A stretch of 64,000 nucleotides of DNA from the NCBI RefSeq assembly GCF_009914755.1, contig NC_060927.1. The stretch is one strand, 5' to 3'. Each line of letters begins with the position of its first letter. The stretch's first letter is position 1. Under the pieces are notes generated by a model, which made no database searches, had not been told where the DNA came from, and saw only the letters and a list, made by a program, of their open reading frames with translations. The stretch comes from the human T2T-CHM13v2.0 reference genome, Homo sapiens. Shown here piece by piece: positions 52,219 through 64,000 of this stretch. Made by a program: the position numbers and the translations under genes.

Positions 52219-54653
52219 GCAATATTACAAGGAGTGAGGAAAAAGATCTCCAGAATAGTCACAGAAAAAAGTAATTGAGAATCTTTGATAATAATTTTAT
52301 CAGACACAGAAGAAACATATCAATTATAGAAATATCCTTATAGAAAACCTAAAAAAATACAATATGGACACAACCACTATAAATATTTTAGCATATTTTC
52401 TTTCATTCTCATTTCTGTGTTTGCATAAATGGAAAATTAATATTACTTAAATTAAAAGATTGCTTACTCCAATCCTTTTTTTAAAATCACATTATCCCCT
52501 ACCACTATTCAGGTGCAGAGTTACCTTTAAATACCCCTTGCCCTGAATATGAGGTTATATACAATCTAAAAAATACTATGTTAACTAAAGTGCAAAGTGG
52601 ATTTTGAAATGTATCCCGAGAACAGGATATTGAAATGTATTGAAATGTAATCCTGAGAAGAAAGCTTTCTTTTGCAAGAACCAGGCTTTGATAAGATAGA
52701 ATAAGATTCCTATGTTTCAAGAAGTCAGAGCCTCAAAGACTTAACGTATTTATAATATGAACTAAAGAGTAATTCTCTTAAGAGCACTTTCCTTTCTAAA
52801 GTGATATAAGCACAGCTAATTGGCCGGGGATGGGATGTTAGAGAGCTTTGCAATAGAGAAAACAAGGTTATCACTGCCCGCTTCTAGCACTAAAACTGCA
52901 GACGTGAGGGTAGTGGAGCCCAAGCAAAAGACTTTTCGTGGTCGAATGGTGGAGACTGCAGGTCTATGACAGTTTTCACATACAACCCAATATCTAAGTG
53001 CTGTATGAGCCACGGCAAGAGAAGTGTCTATGTAGAAAATCTCAAGAATGCCACAATAGTGCAGGGAAAATAGCTTCCTTAGTCTCAGGTTAGAAAGAAA
53101 TTAAAACATGCTGAGAGGATCAGCTAACTAGTAGAGGACTGAAATTGTGACTAGGCCAACTCAGAGAACAAGGGTTTTGAGATCACAAGGCATAACGAGG
53201 CCATGGACATAACTAGGAGATGTAGTGGATATGGTGGATACCAGAATCTGCTGAAAACCAGGCCAGGCAAGTTTGCAGGAAAAGGGATAGTGACTCAAAC
53301 ACATGTTTATCTACTGAATCAGAGACATTGAGAAAGCTCCCTGGGAACGTAGGCCTTTCTGGAAAAGAAAAATACAATGAGAAGAGAGAGAATCTTGATT
53401 TAACTTAGTTGAAATAATAAATTGAACATGTTAATGATGGAGTTATTGTCTATTTTAACTTGAATTATTTTTTTCTTTGATTCTTAACTGAAATGAGGAC
53501 TTATGAACTAAATTGCTTTACATTTTAGTCAAACAAGTTGTCTGGCATCCTGATCATATAATTTATTTAATGATTTTATATTGATAGACATTTTTATTAT
53601 TTTTTTCTATTTTAAGTAATATGCTATAAACATTATATATAGATTAGTATGTCTCACTGATTATCTTTACAATGACAAATTCCTAGTAGTATAATTACTG
53701 AATCAAAAAATCTGATTATTATTACATACTTTAACTTTCACTTCTGAATTAACATATCAATTTATTCTCCAATTAACATTGCCTAAGAGTTTCTGTTTCC
53801 CTTGTTCTAACACAGGCAGTTAAAATTATTTAACAATTCGAAAGGCCAAGACATGACAGTTTTAATTTTGTTTCTTTGATTGCTAGAATATGCGAAAGCC
53901 TCTAAAGACACTGAGAATACATTATAGATTTTCTAAAGTTTTCTTCTGTTTCCTGAAGTAGAACAAAAACTACTATTCAGGGAAGCATTAGTTTTGCCTC
54001 TTAAATTGGCCCTGTTCTTGTGTCTGGGTTTGTCTGTTTGCTCATACTAAATAGGGGAAGTGAGACCTCTGTTCAGAAACGAAGTTAAAATCAGTTGGCT
54101 CCAAGAATGTGAAGTCCCTGTTCAAATGTGTCCATGATAAGGGAGAAGAGAAATTTAAGATTTGCTTGCTGGAGTCTTGATTTACCACATTAAATGGTCC
54201 GGTTGCCTGAAGGAAGCAAGGAGGGAGCTTTAGCTTAATGTGCCTATCTAGGAAGTATCTTCATTACCTTTCTGAAGATTTTCTTTTCCATTTTCGTTGC
54301 AGGAGAATGAAGTGAGTGAAAGTAGTTTCCGTCTTTCTATTTGGCATTTTGAGATACAGGGAGAGAGTTTAACAACACATGGACTCAAACTCCCAGTTGA
54401 GCAGTTGAGTATGTGTTAAGGCTTTTTTCCTTCAGAGGATTTTATGGTTTATATATTCGTTAGCGATGCATGAAAATATCTATCCACACCTTCACACATT
54501 CCAATGTACAACGTGATAGACATTCTATGCCAATATTGTGTAAATTTGGATTTCAGTGAGTGAAGGTGACTATTTCATATAATTTTTATTACTTGTTTTC
54601 TTTTCATATATGCTAGTCTAATGAAAGATATAATAATGCCAGAATATCAAACA

Positions 54654-55112
54654 TGTATAATATTGCAGTAATAAATTACTCCGAAACTTAGCAACAACAA
54701 AACTTTATCTTAGAGAGTTTCTGTGCATAGGGTACAGAAACATACATAGGGTATTTGGGAGTTCTGGGTCAGGTTCTCTCAAGAGGTGTAGCATCATGTT
54801 GCCTGGGGGTACGGTCTTCTGAGGGCTTGACTTTACTGTTGGATGTACTTCCAAGATGGCTCACTCACATGACTGTTGGCTAGTATCCTTGGTAGCTATT
54901 GGTAGGAAGCATTCATTTCTTTCAATGAGGATTTCTCCATAGGCCTGTTTGTGCTGTTACAATATTGGCTTCCTCCAAAGCAAGTAATCCTAGCTAATAA
55001 GACAGAAGCCTCAATGTCTTTTATAACCTAGCTTCAGATATTACATTCTGTTATTTCTACAGTACCCTCTTGGTAACATGTCAGCCCTATTAATTTTGGA
55101 AAAGGACTGTAG
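54654..55112 (-). mobile_element. MLT1F-like LTR
   Basis: 'aaattactccgaaacttagc...acttccaagatggctcactcacatgactgttggc...gtcttttataacctagcttcaga'. Confidence 0.8.
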
Positions 55113-55489
55113 AAAGATTTCAAAAGTCAGCCTCCTGATCCCTCCCACATGGATGCCATTCTCACCCCACTTGAATTGTGATAACCCACACCTGGCTGTC
55201 CTCTTACACAGACACCTTCATGTCCACATGGGTTTCAACACACTGCAGTGTTCTAACTTTTAGTAAAGGGCCGTGCTCACCCCTTATGGTCTGTGAAGCT
55301 CAAATTCAGGCTTTCCCAGTGTAAACACACTCTCCTTACTATAATATAGCTCTGGCCATCCATTTTGGGCCATTGTGTCAACAACTTTCCCTAACTCTTG
55401 AGGGAACACCTACTTTTTTCAGTCCCATGAAGAAGGCAAAAGGAAGGGTCGAAAGGGAGGATACATTTATTAATGGGAGGAATGCTAGT

Positions 55490-57600
55490 AGCATTTCCTG
55501 AAATATCAGGAAAAAGGCAAGGTGCTAAACATCTACATTTCTTTCCAACACTATGCTGAAATTTATATTAATATTAAAATAAAACAAATCAGTAGCATAA
55601 GGATTGGAAAGAACAAGTCAGACTGTTATTACTGGAAAATGATATGGCCCTCTACCTAGAGAAGCCAAAAGAATTTATGAACAAATTATTAAGTATTATA
55701 AGGGAGTTTAGCCAAATTGTGGGATATATTAGTACATCGGTGCATACAAATACATTATTGTCTTTTTACACACCATTGACAATGACAACAAAAATAGAAA
55801 ACAATAATTAAAAATATAACTTATGACAGCAATAAAAATGAAAACTAAAAACTTCAAATGAAAACTAAAAGACATGGGTAAGACCAAATAAAAATTTTAA
55901 AATTATATTAAATATATTGGCAGGCTTAAATAAATGAAATATGTCATAAGCATGGAAAGAAGACTCAGTATCATAAATTTGTATAGCTTCTCACTTTAAC
56001 CTATAGTTTTGGTGCAACCCAATTAAAATGTCCAAAGGAGTTACATAAATATTAATAAGATGTTAATTCTAAGATATATATTAAAGAGAAAAATTCTAAC
56101 AATTGCCTAGTCAGTCTTGAAGAAGAAGAAAAGTATGGGAAGGGGGCAGTTGCCTTATCTGATAGCAAGGCTTCTTACAGAGATAATGCAGCATTAGGGC
56201 CAATAGACAGATATATTGACCAACAGAACAGATTATAGAGCACAAAAACATATCAATTTAATTAAAAATTAAGTGTAAAACATTAAACATTTTAGAAAGA
56301 ATTAGAAGTCTATCTTCTTTTTTAAGTAAGTTAGAAAAAGCAAAAAACGTACATACAAAATTAATAAGTGTAATTCCATTAAATATGGAATGTCTTTTTT
56401 CATTATAATGAAGTGAAAAGGCAAGTAGCATACTAGGAAAAAATACGCACAATATAGATAGCTGGTGAAATAACATACAAAAACATAAATTGTTAAGAAA
56501 AATTTCAAGTAAAATAATAGGCAAAATACATAAACAGGTATGGCAGACAAATGCTAGGGTTGCCTTTGCCATGGTCCCTGCCTCCTGGCTGTTCATGTAT
56601 TTTTGTGAGCCCCTTAAGCGTGGGCAGTGCCAGTGACTTACTTCTAATGGATAGAATATGGCAACGGTGATCGAATGTCATTCACAGGATTATGTTACAT
56701 TACATAGACTGTTTTCCAAGCAGACATATGCTAGAGACACTTCTTACATGCGTGTTGAAGTATACTAACATTTTGAGAAAACCTTCATGGCAAAGAACTG
56801 TCGGCAGCCTCTGGAAGCTAGGGATAACCTCTAGAAGCTGAGGGTGTTTTCCACATGACAGTTACCAAGAAGTCCCTACCCTTAGTCCTACAGTCAAAGA
56901 AAATGAAGCCTGCCAACAACCTGGGGGAGCTTTGAAATATATTCTTCCCCAGTTGAATGGCCAGGTGAAAATTCAACCTGGCCATCAACTTGACTGTAGC
57001 CTAGTGAGACTCAAAGCAGGACCCAGTTAATCTATTCCTTGATTCTTGACCAGTGGAAACCCTGAAATGACTGTGCTTTGTTTTCAACTACTAAGTTTGT
57101 GATAAGTTGTTACACAGCAATAGATAACGGATACAACATGTAGTTCACAGAACTGGAAGGACATATGGCCAAAACAAATATATGTAATCTTATTAGTCAT
57201 CAGTAAAATGCAAATCAATACCACAGTGAAATACCTTCTGTTTATCCAATATGTTGGAAAAAAATCTAAAATTTAGTTTGAAAATAACAAGAGCTGATGT
57301 GGTAGTGAATAAAATAAAACTCATTTCAATTTCTTTGAAAGTGTACATTGGTTCACTGCTTTGTTAAACAGTTTGGAATTATCTCGGAAATATGATCAGC
57401 AGAGTTGCTCTAGGGTGGGAAGATTAAGAGGCTGTAAGAGGGAAGGAATGTATAGGTGAATGAAAATTCACCTGTTCTGTTCTATGTACTGTTCTCATTC
57501 TTGGGTGGTGATTGGCAAGTGTTCACTTTGTTATTATACTTTATAAATAACTTATGATACAAATATCCCTTTGAATGTTTTATATATTATGTGATTAAAA
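55490..57600 (+). mobile_element. Old L1ME-type LINE-1 (degenerate ORF2 RT to 3' end), split by MLT1E
   Basis: 'aggattggaaag...aaatgatatggccctctacctagagaagccaaaagaat', 'catggaaagaagactcagtatcataaa', 'attagtcatcagtaaaatgcaaatcaataccacagtgaaatacc'. Confidence 0.85.
56539..57135 (+). mobile_element. MLT1E-like solo LTR
   Basis: Full length; ends 'ctaagtttgtgataagttgttacacagcaatagataacggataca'; TSD acagg / acatg. Confidence 0.9.
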
Positions 57601-58220
57601 GGTAATGAAGGAAAAATAATAAAAAAGAAAGGATAAAACTTTTAAAGATTTAAAGGGATAAATGGACAAACCTTGTTCTTGAAAATATCAAAACGAAACA
57701 CTGACTTCTACTGTCAGTGTGTATGTAGGGGGTGAGGGAGTGGAGAATGAGAAAGTAAATAAATCAGCAAAATTTTGATGAATCGTAAATAATACCATTA
57801 AAAATATTCTAATACCACTTTTTCAAGAGAAAAGACTGAAGATTTATACAATAAAATTAAATATTTATAGAGTATTTTCATGTCTTTGCAGATAATATTC
57901 ACTCTCCTATATCTAAAATTTAATTTCTTTCTTTTCCTCAACTTTTATTTTAGATTCAGTGGGTACATGTGCAGGTTTGTTACCTGGGTTATCTGGGATG
58001 CTGAGGTTTAGGGTATGATTGATCCCATCATTCGGGTCCCGGGCATAGTACTCTCACCCTACTCCTTCCTCCTCCTTCTAGTACTTTCTAGTGTCTCTTG
58101 CTGCTATCTTGCTGCCATCTTTATGTCCATGTGTACCAGTGTTTAGCTCCCATTTATAAGTAAGAGCATGTGGCATTTGGTTTTCTGTTCCTGTGTTAAT
58201 TCACTTAGAATAATGGCTTT

Positions 58221-58589
<369 letters not shown>

Positions 58590-58912
58590 TCATTCTTTTT
58601 TATGGCTGTGTAGTATTCTATTGTATGTATGTCCCACATTTTCGTTATCCAGTCCACCACTGATGGTCACCTAGGTTGATGTCTTTGCTACTGTGAATAG
58701 TGCTATGATGAACATGCAAGTCCACGTGTCTTTTTGGTAGGACAGTTGTTTTCTTTTGGATATATATCCAATGATGGGATTGCCGGGTCAAATGGTAGTT
58801 TTGTTTTAAATTCTTTGAGAAATCTCCAAACTGATTTCCACAGTGGCCAAACATTTAAATTCCCACCAACAGTGTATAAATGTTCCCTTTGCTCTGCAGC
58901 GATTCCAGCATC

Positions 58913-58968
58913 TGTTGTTTTGACTTTGTAATAATAGCTATGTTGTTTTGACTTTCTAATAATAGCTA
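58913..58968 (+). repeat. 28-bp tandem duplication inside L1
   Basis: tgttgttttgacttt(g/c)taataatagcta x2. Confidence 0.92.
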
Positions 58969-59929
58969 TTCTGACTGCTGTGAGATGGTATCTCATTGTG
59001 GTTGATTTACATTTCTCTGATGATTATTGACGTGGAACATTTGCTCATATGTTTGTTGGCTGCTAGTACATCTTCTTTAGAGACATGTCTGCTTCTGTCT
59101 TTTGCCCATCTTTTTTTTTTTTTTTTAATGGGGATCATTTTGCTTGTTTAATTTTAGGTTACTTAGATTCTAGATATTAAAACTTTGTCAGATGTATAGT
59201 TGTGAATAAAAAATGTAATATCTACTGAAGCTATTTACAACTCAACATCATATACTAATACTCTTCATTTAGGAATAAATATTATGGCCTTCATTCAAAA
59301 CTGGAAAAATATTATACCCCCAATTCCTTTATTGTGTCATATAGCTTATGGAAAAAATGTTAATTTGCTTTCCTCTTGCAGAAGAATGTTTAATGCTGTT
59401 AAGGAGTTGATGATATAAACTTTAATGCTATCACTATTAATTGCTAAAATAATATATGGCATGACCAGAAAGGATGTATTAAATTTATATCAAATTAATT
59501 CCATCTTTTAGTTTTATTTTCTCTATATAATACATGATAATGAGATCTCTCAAAATTCTAAAGCCAACGCCACACATAGTATCTTAGATATTAGGCCATG
59601 CGAAATTAAACTGGAGTCTTTGCTACACTAGGAATTTTAAAATCACATTTTTGTTACTTGAAGTCAACTTCGCTGACCCAGCAGCTCTATTTCCTTCCTC
59701 GTTTTTTCCCAACAATTGAAAAATGGTAACATTTCAATGAAATGTTTCCTAAATGAATAGCAGGAATTTTTTAGTTTGTCTACATTTTCCATAGGTACCC
59801 AAATTCATACACACAAACAAACACATATAAGTGTATATAGTTTTACAATTTTTAAAGTTAAAAAAATTGTTACAGTTGCCTACTTTAGTGGTCATGTCTT
59901 ATTTAAAATCACCTTATGGAAAAAAATGA

Positions 59930-59963
59930 ACAACTGTAGTATGTATACAACTGTAGTATGTAT
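59930..59963 (+). repeat. 17-bp tandem duplication
   Basis: acaactgtagtatgtat x2. Confidence 0.9.
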
Positions 59964-62900
59964 ATAAATTTCCTGTAAGATGGTTTTAGGTTTTAAATAA
60001 GACATGACTACTAACATAGGAAAGCATAACAAATTTTTAACCTTAAAAATAAAAAGATAAACTAAAAGTGTCCTTGTATAACTTCAAGATCTGTTTGACT
60101 TTCAGGTGAAATCAAAGACTTTTCTATAGTTTATTCCCATCTTTATATTGAGCTTATTTTAGCCTCAGTAGATCTATGATATACTGTTCTCAGCGGAATA
60201 AGAAACAAGTAACATGGATGGCTTAATAGAGAATTTGACTTTGGATTTATTTCCTATTTAAGCTCCAAGAAATTTTCACAAAGACTGAAATGTTTTGGAC
60301 TATTTTTAAAAGAACAAACAGAATTCTCCCTGCTCATACACTATCTACAGGCTAAAAAGCACTCTGACAGCTAAAAAAAAAAAAAAAAAAAAATTCTCTT
60401 TGAGATGGCAAAATGGAACCCCCTAGTAGAGTACTTCCTCTAGAATAATGTCATTGAACAGTTCTAAGTCCTTTGTTCTTTCTAAGCCTACTTTGAAAAT
60501 GGAAAAGTTAAAGATGTGAATATAATATAATGGAATTCTTTGTGCCCTCCTTTATGAGAATAGGATATTTCATGACCGAAGGAATCCATGAAACTTTGCT
60601 ATTGTAGGTCCATCCTTTTCTTTGAGTTTGAATGTGGAACGAGGTTACTTGTTCTTCCATGTATTTACAAATCCATTATCAATTCTCTTTATGATGATTA
60701 CATTTCATTTTCATTTAATGTCTCCTTCAAGATAGATACAACTTCTGAGCATCAGATATCCAAGGTAGCCATTTTTTTTACAACAAAAGGAAATGGATTA
60801 AATAGGAAATTATTATTTCTAAAACATGCTGTTCATGTTTTAGCAAGTAACAAAAGAACAATTTGTTTCAATACTGTTTAACTCCAGAAAGATATGTTAA
60901 TATCATTATTAAAGTATTTACTAAGTAAATATTTGTTTATGATCTGGTTGCTTTTGCAAAGGAAGAGAATCTTCCTATGTAAAGTCATAAAATAATACTT
61001 TTTTTTTTTTTTACCATTTTCAAATATAGCATTTAACAGATACTGTGCAGAATATAACACAGACACTTTTCATAGATGTTTCAGGTGGCAGCTTAACCAT
61101 GGTTGCAGTCAGTGTGTAATATCTGACTCCAAATATAATGGGAAAAATGTTCTCTTAAACACCCCCTTACGTTTCTCCCATCCAAGTTTGAAAAAAAATT
61201 ATTTCACAAATTACTTGAAATAGTACAGCTAATTACATTAATTTTCTTATTCATCTTTTAAAGGATTTTACTTTATTATTTTAATAGTCTTGATTTTCAA
61301 CACCATAATATTAAGAAAAAGAACATCTTACAGCCATTTCTAAGTTTGATTTTACACTTAAATCCCTGGAAAATGTACTGCTACACAAGGGAATAGTTCA
61401 ACTGAGGCTTGGCATATGTAACTAAAAGAGTAATTTTCATTTGAGATTTACATGTTATATTGCCATTTTTTAGAAAGTAATTATACAAAAATATATTCCA
61501 ACAGGTTTTACAACAAACTCTATTTTGTTTTTCTTGTCCAATAGTCCAGTACATTTGAACAGTGACTACTGAAATAAAACTAATTACTTAAAGCATAATA
61601 GATATGTGTACTTGTTTGGTGTTGCTTGGAAGACTTATGATATTAATTTGAACAAAAGCTGGAATGGGGAGCAATGTGGTTTGCTGGTAATGATTTAATA
61701 CCAAGTTTTATTTACCATTTTAAATAACAAATATTCTATTATTAAGGATAGAGATACAGTGTCCTTACAGGCTGAAGTTATTTTTAAAAGTGTTATCCAC
61801 AGCTTGAGACAATGTGCATTTATTCCATAGATACAATATGTCACTATTTGAATATTAAATGGAATATTAACTAGACCAAGGAATAGCATAGTATAGTTTA
61901 AATTCTGTCCTCTAAGGCAGTGGACATAACTAAACTGAGATGAAAGATAAAAGGTCTCCCTGGATCAAGAGCCATTTAGAATGACATAAAAATAGTGAGA
62001 ATATGATATAGTTTATGATCTGATAGCAGGTCAGAATTTATTTGTTTTGTTTTGTTGTTTGTTGATCCTATTCCTTATGAACTGTATTACCTTTCAACTC
62101 TCAGTTGTAGTTATAATTCTGAAATCTCAGTATATATTTGTGCCATTACTTCAAGTTATCTTCAAATTCTCCTTAATCATATGGCCTTTTTGAAGCCTTT
62201 CTGGACGTGATTAGTCTCCTTTCCCAAGAGTTAGATTGTCATTCATATTTGATGTTAATCACATCATCTGGAGTTTAAATGATGGCTGAATTATTTTGAT
62301 CTCATTTTGCATATTAACCAAGCATACAAACATATATTCCTAATAATTGATCTGGTAAAGAATATTTAAATGCAATTATAATTCACCTGTAAATTATTGT
62401 TGGTAAAGTTGAATGCAGCATAAAACACAACTAAATAGAAACACTCCTGAGATTATATGTATACCTTATTTAATAAACTGAAAATACGAACACCTATAAT
62501 TTACCCCTGAATGATAACATTAAATTACTTCTAATTAGTTACTTAAAAGTTAATTGACTACTTTTGTAAGAGTAACAAATGAAAAGAGATATTGCATTCC
62601 CCAAGCATTCTTCAAAAACTTAATGAGGCAATAAAAGCTATGTAAAGCAGGTAATCACTTGTTAATCGATCTGTTATTAGGATCATATTAGAACTAGTAT
62701 AATATATTTGCTTTCAGATTTCTTTAAAGTGGACAAGGTGGTCACACCCTTCCTGAAAAATCTTTTTAGTCTGTTGCTTAGGTAACTACTTAGCCATTTA
62801 TTACAATAGAGAGAGTGGTTGACAGATCATTAGTGAAATAAATATATGATCTCTATGAACTCATACCTATCTACATGTACTAAATGTCTTGTGATGTGAG

Positions 62901-64000
62901 AATACATCACATCTCTCATCAGGTATTATTCTAAAGTGTTTGATGAGAAGAGTGTTATGCTGGGGAAAATAAATGCAAAAAAAACACCATCCTGTGAGAA
63001 TTAATTTGCTTTGATTTCATTTGCAAATTTCTAGACATATTCAGCAATATTCCTTAGTGAAGCCCACTTGTGAGTTTGCTAGAAGGATAAATGGATGAAT
63101 TCACCTTTCAGGATTACTTTGTTGGCATCCTTCAAACATGAAAAACTATTAGAATTCATTATAGTGCTTTTACCCCTCCCCCACCCCACCTTTATATTTT
63201 AGCCCTAATTATCTCTTTGAGCAAGAGTATGTTTTCAGATATTTCAGTTATAATAGATTCATCCTCATCTACACACCAATATCATCATTCTTTCCTTTCA
63301 TCATATAATTTGGGAGGAGGTTCTTTCTTCACTATACTAAACTGGAAATCTGAAGTGCCTTTTTGTGAATTGTCTCTCTTCCTTTTATGAACTTTTCAAA
63401 AATATTTCCCCCATGATTTTGAAGTAAAACAAAACAAAACAACAAAACCTTTTAGTTTGTTGTAAAGCTTGAAAGACCTATAATATCTGACCTGTCCAAA
63501 TCAGGCATGCTATTTCTTTTCCATCCTAACAAACAAGAGCATATTAATCATGTAGTAAACTAATAAAGATGATTGCCTGATTAACTCCATGCCCAGAATT
63601 AATTACAACAGAAGCAGTTGTTCTTACAACTTAAATTAGAGCTTGTAGATGATATGGGTAGTCAATAAATCACTCTGCTTCTGATATGGTGTTCAAAAAC
63701 TTGTATTAGACAATCTGATTCACAGCCATAACAGTTCTGTTATCCAGTGGTGATGAGATCCAGACTTATTACTTACATATTAGTCTATAATTATACTAGC
63801 CATTTTTTATCAAAGTTGAAATAAGTCAATCAGCATTATAGATTGATATTTTACCTCCTGTGGGCAAACTAGCTATATCATTAATTCTGATTGGGTTTTG
63901 TTGCTCATTGTTTTATTAAAGCCTAGGATTGTTAGTGTGTCAAACTGAATAATGCAGTACTGAAGTATTTTATAAGAGGCATCATAAAATAACAGGTACC

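Noticed and set aside
52505-53550. Possible ancient Gypsy-like LTR (LTR85-88/MamGyp type) between L1ME fragments
   Set aside because: Only a vague resemblance; I cannot define termini or a TSD without an HMM search.
55113-55300. C-rich semi-repetitive stretch resembling MamRep1527
   Set aside because: Too weak to call from memory.
60373-60392. A20 tract as a possible processed-pseudogene tail
   Set aside because: No upstream ORF, polyA signal or TSD.

Overview
This is AT-rich primate non-coding DNA, most likely human or great ape given a CpG-rich AluY and several L1PA copies. It is either intergenic or deep intronic. I found no credible protein-coding gene, RNA gene, CpG island or CRISPR array. 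The listed ORFs are repeat-derived (Alu, L1, L2, LTR, RTE, microsatellite) or chance. Much of the window is recognisable transposon fossil: an ERVL (HERV16-type) internal relic with its LTR16A, MST/MLT LTRs, L1PA/L1M, L2, MIR, Alus, MER5, MER45A, a MARNA mariner relic, and one clear plus two tentative ancient RTE-clade (L4/MamRTE-like) relics. Repeat family names come from recalled consensus sequences, not from a search. The best non-routine observations are: a ~275-bp copy of nearby unique DNA inserted into the LTR16A; a ~62-bp, ~94% identical non-TE inverted repeat anchored on a quasi-palindrome; two L1PA16-like copies 32 kb apart that share unusual variants; a Pbx-Hox/Meis/E-box motif cluster; and candidate microexons. 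I do not see evidence of a novel multi-gene biological system here.
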